From: Chrysomallon squamiferum
Taxonomy: Eukaryota; Animalia; Mollusca
DNA length: 64,000 nucleotides
Direction: 5' to 3'
Assembly (NCBI GenBank): GCA_012295275.1
Contig: CM022677.1
Location: 7,254,001-7,318,000 of the forward strand
Program-made: the position numbers and the translations under genes
Shown here: piece after piece, positions 56,511-64,000 of the stretch
Numbering within the stretch: the first letter of the stretch is position 1
How the letters are laid out: each line of letters starts with the position of its first letter
Notes under the pieces: model-generated
Seen by the model: only the letters and a program-made list of their open reading frames with translations
The model's database searches: none
What the model was told of the DNA's origin: nothing

Positions 56511-56734
56511 CTGAAACCAGGTTGAAATAGTTAAACAGCGGACATCAGGACACAGACGAATTTGATGGAAACTTGTTTCATCCTCATTACCAAAAACGAC
56601 GGCAACAAGGGCAGAGAACTCTGATTCTTTTATTCCGAGATTCTTTTCCCGGTTTAATACAAAGATAAATCTCAGAAGGTAACACTTGAAAGCCTTCTTT
56701 GTTTCATATCTCTCAAACCACGGTTTGCTAGAAT
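56511..56734 (-). CDS. Asteroid/FAM120-like exon 6
   Basis: ttttcag acceptor, CAG|gttaat donor, 224 nt, phase 1 to 0. Confidence 0.85.
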
Positions 56735-56780
56735 CTGAAAAACATCCTATAAAAATAATAAATAAATAAATAAAATAATA

Positions 56781-56827
<47 letters not shown>

Positions 56828-57338
56828 TTAGGAATGAATATTCAGTTGTCGTGAATTTTCTGATTAGACTCTGCACTTTGTATCTGGAAACGCACTGGTA
56901 CAGAAAATCCAATAATCACCTGAGAAATACCAGACGTCGGTTACGAGACTCAAACGTATTACACCCTTTCACCTCGATTCCAGAGGCAGACGACAATATT
57001 ACCGTGACAACGCCGACTGCCTACATGCGTGTATGCGCATGCAAGCATGTGTATGTGTCTATAAGTAGGTCTCACGTAAATATATGCGTGCTTATGTTAT
57101 ATAGCCTGCTATTGTTTCGTTATGAAATAATAATTACAATCTTCAAATTTCTCCTTATTCTTATGTAAATTATTATTATCAAAACTATTTTTTCTCGGTA
57201 GAATAAAAATAAATAAATAAATAGAAAGAAAAAGAAAATAAGAAACAATCTAACACAAAAAAACACACACAAAGAAACACTATCAAAAACCACAAAAACA
57301 AAAACATACAAACAAACGAAAGAATTTTGCTTGTTTAC

Positions 57339-57453
57339 CCAAGGCTCGATCCATGCAAGTCATGATACGGTGAAAATGTTTTTTATTTTCAGCAGTCCTT
57401 TCTTTGTCTATGTCCTGTATTCGTGGAACGTCACTGTCGTCTGCAGCTTCCAC
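57339..57453 (-). CDS. Asteroid/FAM120-like exon 5
   Basis: gtttag acceptor, G|gtaaac donor, 115 nt, VEAADDSDVPRIQ...MTCMDRAL. Confidence 0.8.
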
Positions 57454-58009
57454 CTAAACACAATTCTAAGAGTTGTATATCTGATACAAGTGTATAGTGT
57501 TTGTAACTTAATTAGTGCTGGTTTGTCACGTGACATAGGTTTGAAGTGTAATTAACACAAACGTGTTACTGATGTAATACAGGTGTAAATTGTGACTAAC
57601 ATGTCTATTAAGTTCAATGGTGTATAATGTACCAAAATAGGTGCGCATATAATTATGATGCAGGTATGTAATATTACTGATTTGAGTTTTATTTAACACA
57701 CGTGTTTGATGTAACTAGTACAGTATAAGAATGTTATAAGAATGTTACATTTAGTTAATTATGGATAGTCAATTAGTAAAAATAAATTATTTTTGCATTT
57801 TAAGTCTCAGTTACTCTTACTCTAAATAATAACAACAACAACAACAAATAAATCCAGTTCAGAAATACATCAAATGACACAATAGCATTCGTTCGATTTA
57901 AATTCACTCAACATAATGTGCATCACATGTTTATGATCTTAGTCATACTTTACGATCAGCTCGGATATTCTTCTCAGTCAGGGTAAATTTTGAATAATAA
58001 AAGACGTAC

Positions 58010-58345
58010 CCAAATTTCTTTCGTAGAGGTTGAATCAGTTTCCTTGACATAGGTTGAATCATATTCCATGATGCCAGTCTTATCCGTCGGCAAAACCATC
58101 TTGTAAATGTATGATCTTAGAGGAGCCAGCGCCTCGTGCACGCTTTGGTCTTCTAACAGCACAGGCCTCCAGAAGAATCCGTTGTTTAAACCCTTCACGA
58201 TGCCGCTGAGTTGTCCACTCCTGATTCCTTCTTCAATGATTAAGGTAGTTTTATCTTTACACGAGCTGTCCACGCCATCGGTTAATTCCAGTTTGTAAAA
58301 TTTACGTGAGTGTTCTACAGCCTTCTGGAACTTTTCATTATCCGT
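58010..58345 (-). CDS. Asteroid/FAM120-like exon 4
   Basis: ttgtag acceptor, TGG|gtacgt donor, 336 nt open (..RPVLLED..LAPLRSYIYKMV..). Confidence 0.88.
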
Positions 58346-58377
58346 CTACAAACAAAAATATTTCTAAGTATAATATA

Positions 58378-58418
<41 letters not shown>

Positions 58419-58866
58419 GTAAGGAAATACATATAATGAAATTAATTTAAAAGTTACAAGCATCTTGACAGAAAATATGGAAAGATTAAACAAAACTGAA
58501 GAAAATATTTAAGAAACCACCGAACTCACATAATTCTAATATTCGTTTTCGTGTGTGTGTCGTGATGAAAAATATAAAATTAGTTTCAATAATATTTTCA
58601 TAATAATTATTTCAAAGCATCATTTCTTTGCTATTCAATTTCTAAAATACATTTATTTAAACATACCTTAATGTCTGTATAATTCGTTATTTCACATATT
58701 TGTAATATACGCTATTTCAATAAATCCTACCTGTCTTTAATATTTGTGATTTAAATACATCTTACAATGTTCGTAATTTAATTAAATGCATTCACTTACT
58801 GAAAAATGTCCTACACGTTAGTAATATTTGTTATTTAAATGCATCTCACATGTATGTAATATTAGC

Positions 58867-58930
<64 letters not shown>

Positions 58931-58936
58931 AAATAC

Positions 58937-59113
58937 AATTGTTTTAGCTAGACTTGGATGGTTATCCAAAGTCCTGTATTTCCGTATCAGTTCAGCTGCC
59001 TCTTTAAAACGACACTGATAGTTAACATCCTGACCCAGTCCATCGAGAACCGGGCGAGTGAAATCATTTCCAACTATAATGCTCATTTCCAGAAGCTGAT
59101 CGACATCATCAAA
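58937..59113 (-). CDS. Asteroid/FAM120-like exon 3 (SIIVGNDF)
   Basis: gtttcag acceptor, gtattt donor, 177 nt, GND motif of the H3TH-like region. Confidence 0.88.
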
Positions 59114-59469
59114 CTGAAACAAAGATTCATTTTTCATATTGCATTTCTGTGAGTTGAGGTAAATGATCAAACAATCAATAAAATAATTTACTATTAGAAA
59201 TTGCTGAACTCAGGATGACAAACATCAACAACGAAATTTTTAAATTTTACTAAAATTGCAAATTAAAATACACTTTTTCGAGAGTTAAGTGACTGAATAA
59301 GGACTGAAACAATGAAACCCTTTACTGTACGTAGACATTTCTGATACTAAGTAATGTCATAAAACTGAAACAATGAATTTATTTATAAGGATTACAAATT
59401 ATAATTAACAATTCTATGAGATGTATTATTCAAATCACTGGCCGAAGTCATTTACAAGTACAATCATTT

Positions 59470-61480
59470 TCATATATACTTTGTATTTAGATATAATAAC
59501 TATAGAAGTCGTAGTAGCAGAAGCTGTAACATGAGATTTTATTTAAATTTCTTATTCGGATGTAATAACTGTAGACGGAGTAGCAGTACAAGCTGCACTA
59601 TGAGTTTTCAGTTATATTTCTTATTTGGGTGTAATAACTGTAGAATTTTTAGCAACAGAAGTAGTAGTTGTACACACTGCACTATGACTTTTGAGTTATA
59701 TTTCTTATTTGGATGTAATAACTGTATACGTAGTAGTAGTAGAAGTAGCAGAAGCAGAAGCTGCATTATGAGTTTTCACTTACATTTCTTATTTGGATGT
59801 AATAACTGTATAACTGGTAGTATTAGAAGCTGTACGATGAGTTTTCAGTTATATTTCTTATTTACATGTAATAACTATTATTATTAGTAGTAGTAGTAGC
59901 AATAGAAGCTGTTCTATTTCTTATTTTGGTGTAATAATTGTTCAGTTCTATTTCTTCTGTAGAAGTAGCAATAGTAGAAGCTGCACGATGAGTTTTCACT
60001 TATATTTCTTATTTGGAGGCAATAACTGTAGAAGTGTAGTAATAGAAGCTGCATATGAGTTTTCAGTAATATTTCTGATATGTAATAACTTTAGAAGTAG
60101 TGTTAATAGAATGAGTGTTCAGTTATATATCTTATTTGGATGTAATAACTGTAGACGTAGTAGTAGCAGAAGTTATATAACTTATTTCGATGTAATAACT
60201 GTAGATGTAGTAGTAGCAGAGGTTGCACATCTTTTCAGTTATTTTTCTTATTTTGATCTAATAACTGTAGAACTGGTAGAATTAGAAGCTTCACTATGAG
60301 GTTTTAGTTATGTGTCTTATTTCGATGTAATAACTGTAGAACTGGTAGTAGTGAAACTGCACGAAGAGTTTTCAGTTATATTTCTTATTTACATGTAATA
60401 ACTATTATTATAGCTGGACAATGGGTTTTCTATTCTATTTCTTCTTTGGATGTAACAACTGTAGAAGTACTAATACTAGAAGCTGCACGATGAGTTTTCA
60501 CTTAGATTTCTTATTTGGAGGCAATAACTGTAGAAGTGTAGTAATAGAAGCTGAACTATGAATTTTCAGTTATATTTGTTATTTAGATGTAACAACTGTA
60601 CAAGTGTTATCAATAGAAGTTTTAAGTTATATTTCTTATAATAATTGTTCAGATCTATTTCTTCTTCAGATGTGATAACTGTATAAGTAGTAACAGTAGA
60701 ACCTGCACGATGAGTTTTCACTTAGATTTCTTATTTGGATGTAATAACTGTTGAATTGGTAGTAATATAAGCTGCACTGTCAGTTTTCACTTAGATTTCC
60801 TATTTGGATGTAATAACTGTTGAACTGGTAGTAATAGAAGCTGCACTGTCAGTTTTCAGTTATATTTCTTATTTGGAGGTAACAAATGTTGAACTGGTAG
60901 TAATAGAAGCTGCACTATGAGTTTTCACTTATAGTTCTTGTTTAATTATAATAAAGTAGAAGTAGTAGTAATAGAGTTATATGAGTAATCAGTTATATGT
61001 CTTATTTGTATGTAATAACTGTAGAACTGGTAGTAATGGAAGCTGGACGAAAGGTTTTCAGTTATATTTCGTATTTAGATGTAATAACTGTAGAAGTAGT
61101 AGAAGTAGAAGCTGCACTATGAGTGTTCAGTTACATTTCTTATTTGGATGTAATAACTGTTGAAATGGTAGTAGTATGATCTGCACAATATGTTTTCAGT
61201 TATATTTCTTATTTGGATGTAATAACTGTTGAAATGGTAGTAGTATAATCTGCACAATATGTTTTCAGTTATATTTCTTATTTGGATGTAATAACTATAG
61301 AAGTAGTAGTAGCAGAGGCTGCACTATGTGTTTTCAGACATATTTCTTGTTTGGATGTGATAAATGCAGAAGTGGTAGTAAAAGAAGTAGTAGTAATAGT
61401 AGAAGCTGCACTATGAGTTATCAGTTATATTTCGTATTTGGTGTAACAAATGTAGAAGTGGTAATAATAGAAGCTACTCT
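59470..61480. repeat. ~69-bp diverged satellite in intron 2, ~29 units
   Basis: Consensus gatgtaataactgtagaagtagtagtaatagaagctgcactatgagttttcagttatatttcttatttg with a variable internal (agt)n. Confidence 0.92.
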
Positions 61481-61568
61481 ATTAGTTTAGTGTGATATAA
61501 TAACAATAATGCTAGCAGCAGTTACAGTGTTAGCACATACTAATACGATTTCAAAATTATTTTATTAC

Positions 61569-61910
61569 TCTGAGTTGCTCTCTTAGTTTATCAGACGTTA
61601 TCATCTCACAACGCAAATCTTGAGGCCTATTTGTTTGTTCATTGATAGGCCAGCAACCTCTGTTTGGAATCACCTGGCTTCCTCTGAATATACAGAAATC
61701 TGCGTCATTTGATAAAATGGCAAAAGCTTTTTCTCGTTCCTGCAATTCTTTAGCTATAACATGATCAGCCTCTCCAGAAACACACTGAACGAGTTCACAT
61801 TCACATTGTTTTATAATGGAGAACATTTCAGCGTCAAAAAGTGCCGGGATTGGCGGCTCAACTGATTCAAGAGTAGAAATAGGTTTTGTTCGTGTACAAA
61901 CATCAAGTAT
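61569..61910 (-). CDS. Asteroid/FAM120-like exon 2 (GEADHVIA...AILSNDADFCIF)
   Basis: tttacag acceptor, gtaata donor, 342 nt, with EAD and SxDxD acidic motifs. Confidence 0.9.
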
Positions 61911-61930
61911 CTGTAAAGAAACAAATACAA

Positions 61931-61992
<62 letters not shown>

Positions 61993-62375
61993 ATTTTCAA
62001 TCGCCATGTTAATTAAGTATGCAGCATAGATTAGTATTCCAAAATTTTATTTTCAAAATATGATAATATAAAGCTACCATTACAAAGCACTTCTACAATT
62101 TGTTATCTTTCGTTTTATCAATCTTACTGATGGAGGTATTTTTCTCTTTGACTTGCATTCGATGTGTATTTGTATATTAGAAATGAATCCGTATGTACTG
62201 TACATATATATATATATATGTATGTATATAATGTATATAATGTATATATATATGTACATACATACATGTATGTATGTATATATGTATGTATATGTATTCT
62301 CATATGTACCGATCTATATATAAGATGTGCATTTAGAGTACTATTACATTCAACTTATTTGTTTGTGTGTGTGTG

Positions 62376-62415
<40 letters not shown>

Positions 62416-62556
62416 TATACGCTGAATGTAGTTGTACTCTAGATACACATCCTATATACCATACTAAAATGTACAGTAGGCTGTATATATCTAAGTACAC
62501 ACTGTTAGACTATATCTGTAGCCAATATGTTTATATATCTGTACACTTGAGAATTG

Positions 62557-62649
<93 letters not shown>

Positions 62650-63160
62650 AGTTTTACTGTATACTACATATATATCGAGTATGTATTGGATACTATATAA
62701 TTATATATATATATATATATATATATACATACATATATCTTTACAAACATCAAGTATCTGTGAACAAACAAACAAACAAACCTACAAATAAATAAATAAA
62801 TAAATAAAAAGAAGAAGATCTAATATATGCTACATACTTAATTGAGACATAAATATGTACTCAACACTAGATACATATCGATTGTGTACTTTATACGTAT
62901 AAATCGAATATGTTCTCTAGATTTACATAGGCTGTAGATGTACACTAAATATATATAACGAGTATACAAACTATATGTGGAGTACATAAAATATCTGGTA
63001 TATGCTGGTGTGGTGGATGTACATCAAGTAAATAATGTACGTTAGGTATTTACTGGTACACACGATATGAATCCAGAAGCGTTAGTTTGTATGGACACAT
63101 AAGGTATGAATTTTTGTAATATAAAACATACAGTACGTGCATAGGTAATTGCATACTCAC

Positions 63161-63523
63161 CTTCATTTTCCTGCTTATATGTTGTTTGCGATACCTGATG
63201 AAGGTATCCCTTTTGTTGACTGTTGTATCAGAACAGCTTCCTCTACAACCATCAACAAAAAACACAAGTGTGATTCCAAGTGACTTTAGATCAGTGATAA
63301 ATTTACTGATGTAAGCCTCTATAGATGCATACTCTGCTCCACAGATTTGCAAATATGGATTCCGGTTAAAACTTTTCCAAAAAACTTCTAGCAGATAATA
63401 TCTGAATGAATTGAGATCAACAAGAATTTCAATTCCTTCCCGCTGCCTTGCTACCTCGACAAGGTCAAGTTTTTCCGTACAATTATTTCTGAAGCAGTAG
63501 TTGATCAGACCTTTGATTCCCAT
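63161..63523 (-). CDS. Asteroid/FAM120-like exon 1 (MGIKGL...LVDLN...LVFFVDG)
   Basis: XPG-N-like MGIxGL start, AAG|gtgagt donor, 363 nt. Confidence 0.9.
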
Positions 63524-64000
63524 GTCTATTTTTGTTTTCCTGCAAATTTCAAAACGAATATCGTTTTAGAAAATTATGTAAACATTATTTTAAAATTAAC
63601 ACCGTCTATACTTATTATATATATATTTTTTCTTATTTTCTTTTATTATTATTATTATTATTATTATTTATTTATCTTTTTTGTGGAGGGTTACATTGAA
63701 AGGACACAAGAAATTTGCTTTAACAAAAAATAAAAATGTGTTTGTCATTACTACTACCACTATTATTATTATTATTATTAGTAGTAGTTGTAGTAGTAGT
63801 AGTAGTAGTAGTAGTATCCAGTTAATCCGTACAAAAGATGAATTGTCCTTGACATGGTAGGCAAGGGGGAATTGTCACGGGGGAAATGACCAAGGCGGAA
63901 GTCCCCAGGGGGTTAGTGACCATGGGAATTGACTGGGTGGAAATCTATCAATCTATCTAATCTATCTATAAATATTCAGTTTCATTTTTACTGATAACAG

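Larger units (their letters stand above)
54756..63523 (-). other. Spliced gene model: Asteroid/FAM120-like PIN (FEN1/XPG-like) domain protein, 8 coding exons, ~592 aa
   Basis: All eight exons have AG/GT ends and matching phases (0,0,0,0,1,0,1). They total 1779 nt, open from ATG to TGA. Confidence 0.85.

Noticed and set aside
63810-63950. G-rich short imperfect repeats (gggga(a)ttg(t/a)c-like) as NF-kB sites or a G-quadruplex promoter element
   Set aside because: More like degenerate subterminal repeats of a transposon fragment. No TSS evidence.

Overview
AT-rich, intron-rich animal genomic DNA with many microsatellites. The gene families suggest a lophotrochozoan, probably a mollusc (inference). 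Most listed ORFs are low-complexity noise; the real genes are spliced and were rebuilt by hand from GT-AG sites and exon phases. (1) 1-24 kb, + strand: an immunoglobulin-superfamily cluster. It holds an apparently intact 6-exon gene for a ~180-aa protein (signal peptide, one Cys-rich V-type Ig domain, a Pro/Thr/Ser stalk built from duplicated 12- and 24-nt microexons, and a GPI-signal-like tail). It also holds orphan I/C2-set Ig exons, an orphan cytoplasmic Tyr-motif exon, and a frameshifted paralog whose differences are mostly amino-acid-changing. (2) 36.9-47.3 kb, - strand: a decayed MIB2-like series (ZZ, MIB_HERC2, MIB repeat, ankyrins) followed by decayed RI-type LRR exons, one of which has become a 64-bp minisatellite. 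(3) 54.8-63.5 kb, - strand: an intact 8-exon, ~592-aa Asteroid/FAM120-like PIN-domain gene. Other features: a Ginger2-like transposon with TIRs, a pogo-type MITE, Tc1/mariner and LINE remnants, a long inverted repeat, a tRNA-Glu pseudogene, and 67-, 70-, 46-, 43- and 69-bp tandem arrays. No CRISPR or prokaryotic features.
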